Shown here one piece after another: positions 1 through 15,016 of a stretch of DNA of 64,000 nt. The position numbers were made by a program, and so were the translations under genes. The notes under the pieces are model-generated. The model saw only the letters and a list, made by a program, of their open reading frames with translations, was not told the origin of the DNA and ran no database searches. The stretch's first letter is position 1; every line of letters starts with the position of its first letter. The DNA is from the human T2T-CHM13v2.0 reference genome, Homo sapiens: NCBI RefSeq assembly GCF_009914755.1, contig NC_060928.1, one strand, 5' to 3'.

Positions 1-89
1 AACACAGACTATAGCATAGTTCCAACGTCTTAGAAAGTTATTCTGGTTGACACCAATGTGAGGGGAAGTTGACTGAGAAGCTGCAGGAT

Positions 90-405
90 GGAGTGGTGTG
101 TGTTTGTGTGTGTGTGTGTGATGAAAAGAGGCTTCCATGAGAAGACCTCTCTCTCACCACACCCATTCTTCAAGCTTTGGACATGGTCTTGTGAGAACAT
201 TGTCTTGTGAGGCCTGGAGCTGAAGCAGGTATTTTGTGACCACCAGACAAACAGCCTAAAGGAAAAGTCCAACATAATAAAAGGGAACGGAAGGACAGAA
301 ACCATCTAGGTCCCTGAGGTCATAGTTGAACTGCCAGTCAACTCTCTGGATTTATTTATCAATAACGAGTATTCCCAGGTTTAAGCCACTCCTATTATGG
401 TTTTC
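90..405 (+). mobile_element. Old MaLR LTR remnant (MLT1J/K/L-like)
   Basis: 'ctggagctgaagcaggtattttgtgaccac...gggtccctgagg-like...gtttaagccact...ggtttt' resembles the 3' half of late MLT1 LTRs; degraded, edges approximate. Confidence 0.5.
95..120. repeat. Imperfect (TG)n microsatellite
   Basis: gtgtgtgtttgtgtgtgtgtgtgtg. Confidence 0.85.
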
Positions 406-1768
406 TAGGGCCAAGGACAGTGCCTGACACACAGAGAGAACTCAAAAACACTTGATTCATGTAGTTAAATTTTATTCATTTTTATGTTCTAAACATCACA
501 GTTCCTTGTGTATATTGGCTAAGGACTAAAAGTTTTGTTAGAAATGAATATTTTGAATAACTAGGCATAGACTCCCAGCTAAAGTCAAATAACTTGAGAT
601 GATTGACTAAAGTTCAGTCTTCTGTAGTCAAATGGAAATCTGTAATGTTACGATGAAATTAACAGCAGAACAGCAATTTTTAGCACTTGAAAAGTCTCAA
701 TGACACCTCTATAAGCCCTGTTAATAACAGACATTCTCTGTTTATTTTTGCATCATTTAATGTTAATTTGTTAATTTTGACAGCTGTAGTTTATATTTTT
801 GGGCATTACATAGCATGTGCTATCATATGAGCTTGGTCATTATTCAGGATCCGGATAGGAACAGCAGTAGTATCTCAAATAACCTCCAGCTTCTTTAGAC
901 AGCATTGGCTCCTGTTCTGTCTTACTAGTTGCTAGAAATAGTGACGTTTGGCAAGTCGCTATATCTCATCTTTCAAAATGAAAGCTTGAACTGGAATCAG
1001 TTTTAAAGTGCTATGATTTTTATCCTGCTGAACCATGAATTCTTCTTTTGTTTGTCTGCTGCAGCCAGACTATTATTGGAATGTATTCCGATAATAGTGA
1101 CAGTTAAATGCTCTCTTTAGATGCTCAAATACCTTTCTGAAATGGTATATTCTTTACCCACTCCAGTGTAATTACCATCAATTGTAAATATAAGGAAGAA
1201 ATATGAGGCAAAAATTGACCAGCACTGCCATGTGGGGAATTACTTTCATGCAATGGTAGTTTCCAGGTATACAACCAGGCAGGTGAGCACAGATGTCATC
1301 GAATAGGAAGGTTCACAGTTCAAATTAAGATGCTCAAATCACACAGTTTATTACATCAATCTAAAACATACAGTGAGAAGCAAAGGAAAGAGGGTAGATT
1401 AATCCATGAAGGATAGGGTACAAACAGATGAAAGGTCACGTCACCTGAATATCACACAATGCTCACATGAACTGCCTGGATTAATTCACCTTTTTGTCTT
1501 TCTCTTGCCAAACTCAGCCACACCAGCTTTACCCACTGACGGTGTGATTGCAAAAACCAGGGTGGAGGTCTAAGAACAAAGTGGCCCAACAGATGTAAAA
1601 TACATGGGGCCAGTTGCTTTATTAGAGAGATGCAAGGGCAATGATGCCGGGCCACAATTATAACTTGCCAAATAGCCCAGTAAGCATTTAAGTACTTTAC
1701 TATTCCTCTTGGACAGAGGATATATGGGGCCAGACTGTATGTCACCAATGGGTGGCTTATTTTCAGTG

Positions 1769-1911
1769 CAATAAATATTGAGTGCCTCATATGCCTCATA
1801 TGCATATTTCATGAATCAATGAATATTTGGTGCATACTCAGTCCTTCTATTCTTTACTATGTTTAAGTGATTTTCTTATTTGTTCCACTGTTTTTGCCAG
1901 TTTACCACATA
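1769..1911 (+). repeat. Copy 1 of a ~140 bp dispersed direct repeat (copy 2 at 3056-3186)
   Basis: Collinear match: attgagtgcctcata...aatatttggt...cagtcct(t/c)ctattctttacta...tttgttccac...ac(c/t)acata. Confidence 0.9.
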
Positions 1912-2620
1912 AGTACTCAACTTACTTTTTCTATGTGTCATAAGCTATTGGCTTCTATACTTAGTATTATATATTCTCCTTCCTTTCGCCTCTTATTTTC
2001 CATAGCAGAATTAAATATTCCTAAATAATACTGATAACATATTACATGAAAAAAGAAAGAACAGAGTTAGGGAGAAATTTAAAAATATAGCCCACACTAG
2101 AAATATAGCTAGTTTCCCCCCAAAGCATTATTTTCTGAGTACCTATTGTCCAAAGATAATTACAATCTGCCTTTTCATTTTGGCTATCTATGTTATTATC
2201 AGATTTTGTCCTGATAATACCAACTATAATGAAGATCATCTGTCAGCCAACTAATAACTATTAATGATAGGCTCAGTAGCAGATTTGCCAATCGTGAAAT
2301 TTCATCAAAATCTTTTTTCTTAAGCAAGGGAAAAAAATTCTACTTCCTTTGTGTCAGTTAACATACCAAAATCCATTTGTTGAGCCAAGCAGAATGAGAA
2401 GGGATATTTGAAATTATGTCTTTCTTAACAAACTAATTATAGTGGTAGTCTTGAATCTACCTCTGAACCAGTATGTTGATAACACAAATAACTTCCTGTT
2501 ATTTGGACTTCTACATTTATTTTTTAATACTTTGTTATATCACTTAGAGGCCTCAAACATTATTACATTATAAATAATTTGGTTGTATAAATTAGTGAAA
2601 TATAAAAAATTTTAATTTAA

Positions 2621-2912
2621 GGCTGGGCGCGGTGGCTCATGCCTGTAATCCCAACACTGGGAGGCCAAGGCAGGTGGATCACCTGATGTCAGGAGTTCAA
2701 AACCAGCCTGACCAAGATGGTGAAACCTCGTCTCTACTAAAAATACAAAAAATTAGCCGGGCGTGGTGGTGGGCGCCTGTAATCCCAGCTACTCGGGAGG
2801 CTGAGGCAGAGAATTGCTTGAACCCGTGAGGCAGCAGTTGCAGTGAGCCGAGATCGCGCCACTGCACTCCAGCCCGGGTGACAGAGTGAGACTCCATCTA
2901 AAAAAAAAAAAA
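2621..2912 (+). mobile_element. AluS, full length
   Basis: ggctgggcgcggtggctcatgcctgtaatccca start, central A5TACA6 linker, poly-A tail. Confidence 0.97.
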
Positions 2913-3055
2913 TTAACGTAAATACATTATTTTACTCATTACACGAACATTTTTAGTACTTTGGTAATATGATTATTTTAGTTGACATGTCAATAAATCA
3001 AAACACATTATATTTTTGTATAACTCCAAGAATGCTAAATTTAAACGAAAGTACT

Positions 3056-3186
3056 CAATAAGCATTGAGTGCCTCATATATATTTAGTGAATCAGAAATA
3101 TTTGGTATACATTCAGTCCTCCTATTCTTTACTACATATAAGTAATTTTCTCGTTTGTTCCACCATTTTCATCTGTTCACTACATA
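3056..3186 (+). repeat. Copy 2 of the ~140 bp dispersed direct repeat
   Basis: Aligns to 1769-1911. Confidence 0.9.
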
Positions 3187-3199
3187 GACAGAAAAAACA

Positions 3200-3310
3200 A
3201 TTGATTTTGAAGTCAGGAAATCTGGATTAACATATTGACTCCAGCTTTAGCTGGCTTACCTTGGGCAAATTACTTAACTTCTTGATACCTAGTTTTCTTC
3301 ATTTTCTGTG
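3200..3310 (+). mobile_element. MIR fragment
   Basis: MIR core 'ccttgggcaaattacttaacttc...agttttcttcatt'. Confidence 0.65.
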
Positions 3311-3339
3311 AGGGTTCAATTAAATTAAATTAAAAACAA

Positions 3340-3626
3340 TTTTTAAGAGATAGGTCTCACTCTGTCACCCAGGCTGGGGTGCAGTGGCATGATCATAGCT
3401 TATTACAGCCTGTACTTCCTAGGTTCAAGTGATCCTCCCACCTCAGCTTCCTGAGTAGCTAGGACTACAGGTGTGCGCCGCCATGCCTAATTTCTTATTT
3501 TTTGTAGAGATGGGGTCTCGCTCTGTTGCCCAGGCTGGTCTCAAACGCCTGGTCTCATGTGATCCTCCTGCCTCAGCCTCCCAAAGTGCTGGGATTACAT
3601 GCCACTGTGAGCCACTGTACCTGATC
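3340..3626 (-). mobile_element. AluJ
   Basis: Reverse Alu with J-type 'gatcctcccacctcagc' and 'ctcgctctgttgcccaggctggtctcaaac'. Confidence 0.95.
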
Positions 3627-3689
3627 TAATTGAATGTAACTTTGAAAACATGACTTTCACATAACAGATGCCTAATAAAGATTGGATGA

Positions 3690-3990
3690 ATATGAATCTA
3701 GCCCATTGCCTCATATTCCAGATGAAGAAACTGAAACCAAGAGAGGTAAAATGAATGTGTCTAAGGTTATATCCTTGGTTCATGTAAAAGTTTGAACCAC
3801 AACTCTGGGTTGTGGTGTAATTCCATTCCCTTATTAACCTGTAATCAGATTTTCTTATAAGTCTAGTAAAACATTATGATTTAGATAAGTCACTCACTAA
3901 ATTTGTTTCCCTACCTGCAAAATTGAAGGGTAATAATTGTCCCCCTACATTCCAGCAATATTAGAAAGGTGAAGAGATAACGCATGGGAG
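3690..3990. mobile_element. Two MIR fragments in opposite orientation
   Basis: 'cagatgaagaaactgaaacc..agaggtaaaatga' (minus) and 'agataagtcact...tttccctacctgcaaaattg' (plus). Confidence 0.55.
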
Positions 3991-4616
3991 AAACCACAGG
4001 GAAAAACATTCTATGTAGCCATATCATTATAAACATAAATTTGAAAAGCATTTAATCTTTAGTAACACTACATTGCAATTACATATATCAGTTTTTTCAT
4101 CTCTAGAGCTCTAAATCCCAACAATGTGAGTGCTGTGAACATTCTTAGACAACAATTCCACCAGCAAGGCAAAGTGGAGAATTGAGTTAATCATACAGAA
4201 AAGTCAGGAGAAGGCAAGCCCATATTCTTCACATTTTCTGAGTTTTACAGTACTACTTGTCCAATGAAGTACCTCGATTATCCTCATCCCTTTGTAAGTG
4301 AATATCCATCCTTCTGCAGATTAATATACATATATTCTAAGTTCAGCTCAATAAAAGCTTCAGAATGTATGTTGCATGAGAGAGGAAAGCTTTTGTCTTG
4401 TTTATTACTGTATTTTCAGGCACTTTCAGTGCCTGGCATGCAATAGACAGTCCATAAATATTTACTGAAAGAGTGAATAAGCAAAAGAATGGATAGTATT
4501 TCTCCATTCATCAATTTGAAGGAAACCTCTTAATTATGTAAGCATAAAAATATATAAAGCAAAAAGGTACCCATTGCCTTGAGGGGGTCTTTTTTTTTTT
4601 TTTTTTAATAGGTTGA

Positions 4617-4980
<364 letters not shown>

Positions 4981-5329
4981 TAATAATAATCTCATACCCT
5001 TGCTGAAAATTCCAGACTATTTATAATACTGCCTATTCGACATTGCCCCTTGAATGTTTAAAATGGTCCTCAGACTCAATGTCTCCCAACAGCATCACGA
5101 TCCTCCCCTGTAAAGCAGTCTTCCTCCAGGATTTCCTATCGTGGTGAAAGGGGTAGGGGAAGTGTCATGTGAGTAAACTTATAGGGGCAAAGGAGATTCT
5201 TGGTAGAAGGGATGGAGACTCTGAAGACCAAGACCCTTCTGACATACAGTAGCATTATGTTTCCCTTAAGTAGTCTTGAGGTAGTTCTATTGTGAGTAAA
5301 TAACGTTTTAGCTGCACTCTGGGAGAGGG

Positions 5330-6850
<1,521 letters not shown>

Positions 6851-7561
6851 TAGTCAGAAACTAGTGATAAATCCCTGTGATCATTTGATGTTTTCTTCCC
6901 TTGCCAAGTTAATGAGAGCACTTACTGTCAAGCAAGATTTCAAAAAACCTTTGTTTATCAAGAACACTATGTATTTTAAATTAACCCCGCTTAAATTGCC
7001 TTCAGAAACACCAAAGGAGTTAAACACCAATTTAAACACAAAAGGGGAAGAAAAGGCCAACACGAAAAGCACAAAATCCCCTGTCCTCCATGCCATGCCC
7101 AGCTACACTCTGTCCTCCCCACCTCCATCCCCATCTCTGAGCAAATATATCCTTTTACCATTGGTGGCGCAGCTTTTTGTGCAATTGCCTCTGAGTTTTA
7201 CTAGTAAGTATCGGAATTCCAGCTGACTCCTCTTCAGCTGTTGCAAGAGTCAAAAGAGAATAATTATTTTCTTTGTGTCTCTGCTCAGTTCTCAGGAGAC
7301 AGAACTAAAAATTTCTTGCCAGATGGCAACTGAGGATGCACTTCTGAGGATTTTACTGTCATCAAGTTATAATGGCGGGATGCCTGAGAAGTCAATCACT
7401 GAATCAGGGCCAACTTTTGCCCATTTGTGGCCCTTAAAGATAAATATTTAGTCTAATTTTTACAAGGTCTCTAGCAAAAGCTTCCTCTTTGGGCAAAAAT
7501 AGATAAAAGTATTAGGGCAGACTTTCAGAGAGAATTTTTATTTGTCTCCAGAACATTAGAG

Positions 7562-7877
7562 TAGAGGTTGGTGATCTTTTTCTGTAAAGGACCAGATGGT
7601 AAATACATTAGCTTTTGCTGGCTAACACAACAGTCTCAGTTGCAACTACTACGGTGAAAGCAGCAATAGACAATACATGAAAGAATGCAACTGTGTTTCA
7701 ATTAAACCTTATTTATAGCCATGGAAATTGGAGTTTCATATAATTTTCATGTGAAATTATAATTTTATATGATTTTCATGTTGTTATTCTTTTGATTTAC
7801 TCCCTATGCACTTAAAAAATGCATAAACCATTGGAACTTGTGGACTTCATAAAAACAGATGGTGGATTGACCCCTGC
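7562..7877 (+). mobile_element. MER58B (hAT-Charlie non-autonomous DNA transposon)
   Basis: 'tttttctgtaaaggaccagatggtaaatac...gttgcaactact...gcagcaatagacaatac...tttcatataattttcatgtg...tgacccctg'. Confidence 0.85.
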
Positions 7878-9423
7878 CCTACAGGAAGACCATCATGACA
7901 GCTTTTCTCCTGAGTTGTCACCACCTGCTTCGCTCCCCTAATAAGTAATTCAGAAAATTCAATTCCAGTTGTTGAAAATGAAAATGTTAAACCTTAGGGA
8001 TAAAAAAATCCCTAGCAATATTAGAGTTCAGTTTCTCCAGCATTCTTATTTAAGGCAATCTTAGTAGTCTGCACCATCTGAGGACAGCCATTTGCTTGTG
8101 GTTTATAAGACGTAATGGTGACAGCTCAGATAAGGCTCCCAACTACAAATTCTCACAACTCAAGCTGAGGTTGAATCAGAACTGTTGTCAGTAAAGATGG
8201 TGTCTGTCAATCTTTGGGCTGCAAAAACTAGGACAGAGCTGTGATTGTTGCTGCAGATGTTTGAAATGTAATTAAAAGCACTTAGAGCCATTTTGAGAGG
8301 GAATCTAACCCAAGAAGTTCTTTTGGTATCAGCCTGTAAAGTCAGTATGAATTCTTGAAATTCATTTTGAATGCTCAGGAGCCCTCAGCCTGAAATGACC
8401 TTGGGCCAATAATGTCTAGTAGGATAGAATGTGATACAACTTTTTTACAGTTATTTCACTCTCTGTATTTGTTCCTGGCTGACCGTCATAAATTTAAATA
8501 TTGGTGGGAATGCCTCAAGCCCTCATATTGAACAGGTAACCTCAACTTGCACCATCTACAAGAAACACAATTCTGGTAAAAATGTAAAGATAAGGATGAG
8601 AACCAACTCCCTTGGGAGTCTTTCTCCATTGGCAAATGGATTTAATTCACATCTTAAAGTTTCATAACAGGAATATATTCCAACAAGAGTCTGCATGTTT
8701 TCAGAATTTTTAGAAGTTTTTCCTTGCAAACAGGCTGCCACAACCATTGTTGCTAAGAGATAGCACTAGGGCAATGATTTGTTCCTCTCTAGTAATAGGG
8801 ACACTCATTTTACCAGTAAAGTTATCCAACACATTCAACAAGTGCATTTAGTCACAAAAATTGCATCATCTGTACCCTCTTTAATCCTCTGGAAAAACAG
8901 AGTGAGCCAACCAGCCAAACCACTTAGATTCACCTAGGAACGTTAACTGCCTACTCAGAGTCTTGACTTGAGCCCTGATGATCCCTCATTCCTGCCTCTA
9001 CAGTCAACATTGATTATTCTCTTATGAAATAATTACTGGCAAGCCAGGGGGGATCTATACTCTTTTTGATTTTATGAGACTCTTATTTGATTCCATCCAA
9101 TATACATAAGTATTGCCAGGTTTTATTAAATCCACTTTTGTTTATCACCAGCAGGTCAATTATGTCTTTCCCCTAGACACCCCACCACAGCCCTTACATG
9201 AATTTTAGGTTAGAGACCCAGTCTTCTGGAAAAAAAAATCTTGAATCCAGGTTGAAAAGACCTAACTCTGCCCTCCTAACCACCAACACTGCTGCAAAGC
9301 TATAAAGAATACAATCTTGGATAGTTTTAAACACCAAAACTGAAACTGATTTGACAATGGTATAAATTTGGACATTCCTCATTGCCCTGTGTAGTTATTT
9401 AAGAATAAGCTTATGGTTGTCTT

Positions 9424-9741
<318 letters not shown>

Positions 9742-9782
9742 TTATGGTTGTCTTAAACAAGAGGGAGGGAGGTGTGATAAGG

Positions 9783-10272
9783 TGTGATGGTTAATTTTAT
9801 GTGTCATTGTAACTGGGTTACAAATGCCCGGATTGCTGGTAAAACATTATTTCTCAGGATGTCTGTGAGGGTGTTTCCAGAAGAGGCTAGCATTTGAAAT
9901 GATAGATTAAGTAAAGAAGATCACCCCCACCCATGTTGGTGAATATCATCCAATCTGTTGCGGGCCCAAAGAGAACAAAAAAAGACAGAAGAAGGACAAA
10001 TTTTCTCTCCCAACTTGAGCTGGGCCATCCATCTTCTCCTGCCCTCAGATACCTGGTTCTCACCTCTTCAGGCTTGGATTGGAACTATAACACCAGCTTT
10101 CCTGGGTAATGTCACAGAAGGAGAACAGATCTGGCTTGCAGAAAACAGATCATGGGACTTCTCAGCTTTCATAATCACATGAGACAAGCCCAGTAAATAT
10201 CTCGTTTTGTCTCTCTCTCTCTTCTGTTCTATTCTATTGGTTCTGTTTCTTTGGAGAAACCTGACTAATACA
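9783..10272 (+). mobile_element. MLT2 (ERVL) solo LTR
   Basis: tgtgatggttaattttatgtgtca start, ctattggttctgtttct...cctgactaataca end; TSD taagg/caagg. Confidence 0.92.
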
Positions 10273-10282
10273 CAAGGCCAAA

Positions 10283-10656
10283 TGTGAGGCCAAACATATA
10301 ACTTTCTCCCATTTTCTCAACCTGCTGACAAGGCCAGACATGTACCCTTCACCTTTTCCCCTTAGCCAGCTTCTCATTCTTTGTCTCATGAGTGATTAGC
10401 TAAGATTAAAATTGTATCTGTCCTGAAATTAACCACAGAAAGAAAAGTGTCCTCTTTAGCTAGTTAACTAAGCCTCTCCTGATTGCAAAACAATTTCAAC
10501 TGTAAGTTACTTGTACCTTGTCTAAGACCCCCATAAAAGCCTAAGGGAAAACCACCCTGCTGAGAAACTCTGATTCTTGAGATCTAGGGTGTACTCCCTA
10601 TTGCAACAGTAAGAATAAAATCAATCTCCTTACTTGATAAGCTTGTGTCTTTGACA
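10283..10656 (+). mobile_element. Solo LTR, probably ERV1 class (family not assigned)
   Basis: TG...CA termini, TATA-like cataaaag, 'ccctattgcaacag', then aataaa and a U5-like tail ending ctttgaca. Confidence 0.6.
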
Positions 10657-10873
10657 GATCTAAGGCAGGTAGAAAGGGACATTTCCATCTTCCTTTTGGA
10701 ATTACTTTACTGGGTTTGGTCTCCAACAAGTCCAGTCATGTGTAAGAGTATATTTCTAGGTAGTGAGAAGAATTACCTTAGCTTGATTGAGGCAGATCTG
10801 GAACTAGGTATGGAACTAGTAAGAAAGAAGTTCTACAAGGACCTCCCAGTGGAAGATAAATAAAGTATATAAT

Positions 10874-11223
10874 TGCTATGGTTTGAATGTGTCCACTCCA
10901 AAATTCATGTTGAAACTTAATCCCCTTTGTGGTAGTATTAACAGGTGGACCCTTAGGGAAGTGATTATGTCACAAGAGCTCTACTCTCATGAATATATTA
11001 GTGCCTTATAAAAGTGCTGGAGGAAACTAGCTCAGAACCCCTTTGCCTTCTGCCAAGTGAGGACAAAACATTCAGTGCATCATCCTGGAAGCAAAGACTG
11101 GATCCTCACTAGATACCAAACCATGATCTTGGACTTTCCAACCTCAATCACAGTGAACAATGAATTTATGTTCTTTATAAATTACTCAGTTTCAGATATT
11201 TTGAGCACAAATGGACTAAGAAA
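10874..11223 (+). mobile_element. MST (MSTC/D-like) MaLR solo LTR
   Basis: tgctatggtttgaatgtgtcc..ccaaaattcatgttgaaacttaatcccc start; aaatggactaag end. Confidence 0.9.
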
Positions 11224-11813
11224 ATAGCATAAAGTTGATCATTTTGTAGCAAGTTACTTTTGGTATTTCTTTCTCTTTTTGTACCTTTTAGCCTTCAGTA
11301 CTCAGTAAATTACTTTCAGTCTTTCAGTCTGGTTCCAGCTGCACCATGAAGTATTAAGAGGAGAGTCCTGTGTTCCTTCCCAGAAGAAAACGTCAAGGAG
11401 GGAGCCACACCTTCTTTAGGTAGCAGAGAAAGTTAATGAAAAATCTCTTAATACAAGACCAAGGTCTTTGAGGTCTGACTCTCTCTTTCACCAGATATTC
11501 TTCCTGAATTGACAATTTCTAAGCTGAAACACTAACAACTTTAAGAAAGCATAACATTTTCTCTCACTTCACAGGCAGGTAGAACATGTATATTGTGAGC
11601 CTTCTTTTGAGTAGGGGTGAACACTAGCCATATAATGACATAAGATATAATGAAATAAGAAAGCAATATTGGAAATTTAACTCTTTGGTTTTTCACCTCA
11701 CTTATATAACTAGTATATTACAATGATTTAGGACCTCCCAAATGTCTCTGTAATTCATCTTCTGCCGATAACATAAATACAGTGTAGACACATGGACTTA
11801 AAGCTAAGAAGCA

Positions 11814-12120
11814 GGCCAGGCGTGGTGGCTCACACCTGTAATCCCAGCACTTTGGGAGGCCAAGGTAGGAGGATCACAAAGTCAGGAGTTCCAGGCCAGC
11901 TTGGCCAACATGGTGAAACCCTGTCTCTACTAAAAATACAAAAATTAGCCAGGTGTGGTGGTGCATGCCTGTAATCCCAGCTACTTAGGAGGCTGAGGCA
12001 GGAGAATCACTTGAACACAGGAGGGAGAGTTTGCAGTGAGCTGAGATCATACCACTGCACTCCAGCCTGGGCAACATAGTGAGACTCTGTCCCAAAAATA
12101 AATAAATAAATAAAATAAAT
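11814..12120 (+). mobile_element. AluS with (AAAT)n tail
   Basis: TSD aaagctaagaagca / aaagttaagaagca. Confidence 0.97.
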
Positions 12121-12548
12121 AAAGTTAAGAAGCAGAAGTATTAAACTCTAAGCCTTCTAAACTCTTGCTCTCAGGGAGGATGTTTAATAGTGTTAATATC
12201 CACAACACATTTTAGAATTACCACAAAATACAGAGAAAGAAAAGAAATTCCTGAGTTCTAAGTAACTAGGAGTATGCATTATGTGGAAAGAATAGATGAA
12301 AGACCTTCCATTTTTACTGGAGATTATGATGTGTCTGCATCAATAATGTAAACTTTGAACAATTAGAGATGCAGAGACTGGAAATAATTCTCTACAAGAC
12401 TGAAAGTTCTCTGAAGCTGGTAATAAGCCTCTGATTAATGATGAGAGAATGAAGTAGGGCCACACCTCAGAAGATACAAGAAAGAAGATTGGCAGAACTC
12501 ATAAATGAAGAAGAGAAAAGATATCCAATGGATCATTTTTAGAGACGC

Positions 12549-12848
12549 TTTTTTTTTTGTTTCGAGATAGGGTCTGGCTCTGTCCCCCAGGTTGGAGTGC
12601 GGTGGTGCAATCACAGTTCACTGCAGCCTCGAATTCCTGGGCTCAAGTGATCCCCTCACATCAGCCTCTGGAGTAGCTGGTACTATAGGCTCGGGCCATC
12701 ACACCTGGCTAATTTTTTTTTTCTCTTATGAAGAGATAGTATCTCACTGTGTTGCTCAGATTGGTCTTGTACTCCTGGATTCAAGTGATCCTCCCACCTC
12801 AGCCTCCTGAAGTGCCGGTATTACAGCATGAGCCCCTATGTCCAGCTC
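12549..12848 (-). mobile_element. AluJ
   Basis: 'ctgcagcctcgaattcctgggctcaagtgatcc'; TSD agagacgcttt / agagatgcttt. Confidence 0.95.
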
Positions 12849-12997
12849 AGAGATGCTTTACTAGCATCTTAATCACAAACCTGCTGGATCATCTAAACAC
12901 TGTCTATGCTACATCATTTTAAAAATAAATGTATAGAGAGATTATCTATAAACATATGTATATATCTTGTCTATGTTATATAATTTATCTACCTATC

Positions 12998-13500
12998 TGC
13001 AGATTATTCAATGACAACCATTCTGATTTGAATACGAAGGTCAAGAACTGAACCCACCAGCCCTCCCTCACAGCTTGGACACTGAGGAGCAGAAATGCCT
13101 GCTCCTCTCACTCCCCCCATAGTTAACTGGTTCTCTTAACATGACTTTATTTTCCCATTGTCTTCATTGGTATGTCTTCATTCCCCAATTACCCATCAAT
13201 TCTTCACTGAAAATCATCAACAGATGGTTTGCACTCTATGATTCTTCGAATGTCTCACCTTGCTGTTTTCAGCAATCCTGGGCTTTTGTATCTTAATCTT
13301 TACACAATTCTAACCAAGCTTCCTTGCACTGAAAGACCTACCTTGAACTAAACTGATTCTCAATAAATTCTGACTTTGCTTCCCTACTGAGACATTACCA
13401 AAGCTATGCAGAATGGTATTCTCCCTTAATATAGTGAACAATATACTTAGCTTCATCTTATCAAAAGGTTATGTAATATTTGAATAGCTGGCTTTCTACA
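12998..13500 (+). mobile_element. MER67-like ERV1 solo LTR
   Basis: TG...CA; 3' part 'ctgagacattaccaaag...ggtattctccctta...caatatacttagcttcatcttatcaaaaggtt' resembles MER67C/D as I recall it. Confidence 0.65.
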
Positions 13501-14149
13501 AGATCTTTTTTAGTTGTTTTTCATAGAGCAAAATTACACATCTAGATTTCAAGAACATTTATAAATGGCCAATTTGTGCTGTCCTCTTTAAAAGATAAAT
13601 TGTAACTTTATTTAGAAGACAGCTTTCAACAGCAATCGCTATATTATCATGGTAATCTTGAGAAGTATATAATGGTCTTAGTAACTTTGCTATAAAATCT
13701 TGCAAGGAGATATGGCAGGTGGGATATTTATTATTTTTGTTGGCACATCATGACTGAGGTTTCTTCTTTCTTGCCCTCATATCATTTATTATGTGGACTC
13801 TGTCTTATTCCTGGCCCTCTGGGGATTTGCTGCTGGGTGAAGAATGGAGATCACCTGATACCACAAGACATACACTGCTATGACAGTGCCTGAACTCCTT
13901 TCCTAATGGCTTTTGAACAGCATATTGTCTTAAAGTAATCCTTCCTTTGACAGAAAATGTATTATACAATGTCATTCCTACAAGCAGAGAATTAGTATAA
14001 ATATCTGAGTTTGAGCCCAATTACAGGTTTGCCAGTACTAAAGAGTATGCAGCTTCTATGTACTCATAGTATATAGGAGCTCATATCCTATTGGTTTATG
14101 TGCCCTAACTCTGTGTTAAAAGCACCTGTAATATTTAGAACTAAAATCA

Positions 14150-14340
14150 TATATTGTCTGCAATTTATTTCAAACAGTCTGGTGGGGGTTAGGGGAAGAA
14201 GATTTATAGATGAAACAAGATTAGCCTTGAGGTAGATAATTTTGAAGCCAGGTGATGGATGGATAGGGTTTTAGTACATTGTTTACTCTACTTTTGCATA
14301 TGTTTGAAATTTTTCATAATATAAAGTGGAAAAAACTCCA
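14150..14340 (+). mobile_element. Old L1M (L1ME-like) 3' end fragment
   Basis: 'gataattttgaagccaggtgatggat...ctctacttttgcatatgtttgaaatttttcataat'. Confidence 0.7.
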
Positions 14341-14435
14341 CATATTCAGTTTGGAAGTTGGTTCTAACAGTTGTATTTGTTAGCAATCGTTTTGGTTCTT
14401 TCAAAGGGTCAAATCTGTTATAGTCAAGAGGTATA

Positions 14436-14746
14436 GGCCCAGTGTGATGGCTCATGCCTGTAATCCCAGCACTTTGGGAGGCGGAGGCGGGGTGGATCTC
14501 TTGAGTCCAGGAGTTTGAGATCAGCCTGGGCAACAGGGTAAAAACCCATTTCTACAAAAAAGTTCCTAAAAAATCATCCAGGGACGGTAGTGCATGCCTG
14601 TATTCCCAGCTAATAGGGAGGCTGGGGTGGGAGGATCGTTTGAGCTCAGGAGGCGGAGGTTGCAGTGAGCCAAGATCACACCACTCCATTCTAGCCTGGT
14701 GACAAAGTGAGACCTTAAAACAAAAACAAAACAAAAGAAAACGAAA
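14436..14746 (+). mobile_element. AluJ
   Basis: 'ttgagtccaggagtttgagatcagcctgggcaac', 'gggtgggaggatcg'; (AAAAC)n tail. Confidence 0.95.
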
Positions 14747-15016
14747 CACCATTAGGGAGCTTGGAATGATTTGAAATCAGTGCTGAAGCTCTAGGAAGAA
14801 AAGTAAGTAACAAAAGAGAACATTATGGGGCTATCAAAGTATTTTGCTAAATTTCAATTTATGAAAAAGGAATGAGTATACCTCAAAGATTTCAAGATTT
14901 TATCTAGTCTCCCAGTGTTAGGCGAAGAACTAGTTTTGATTCATTTTTATAACATGAGATAGAATCCCTCAAGATGTTCAACTGAAAGAACATTACATAA
15001 TAGTTTATAGTAAAGC

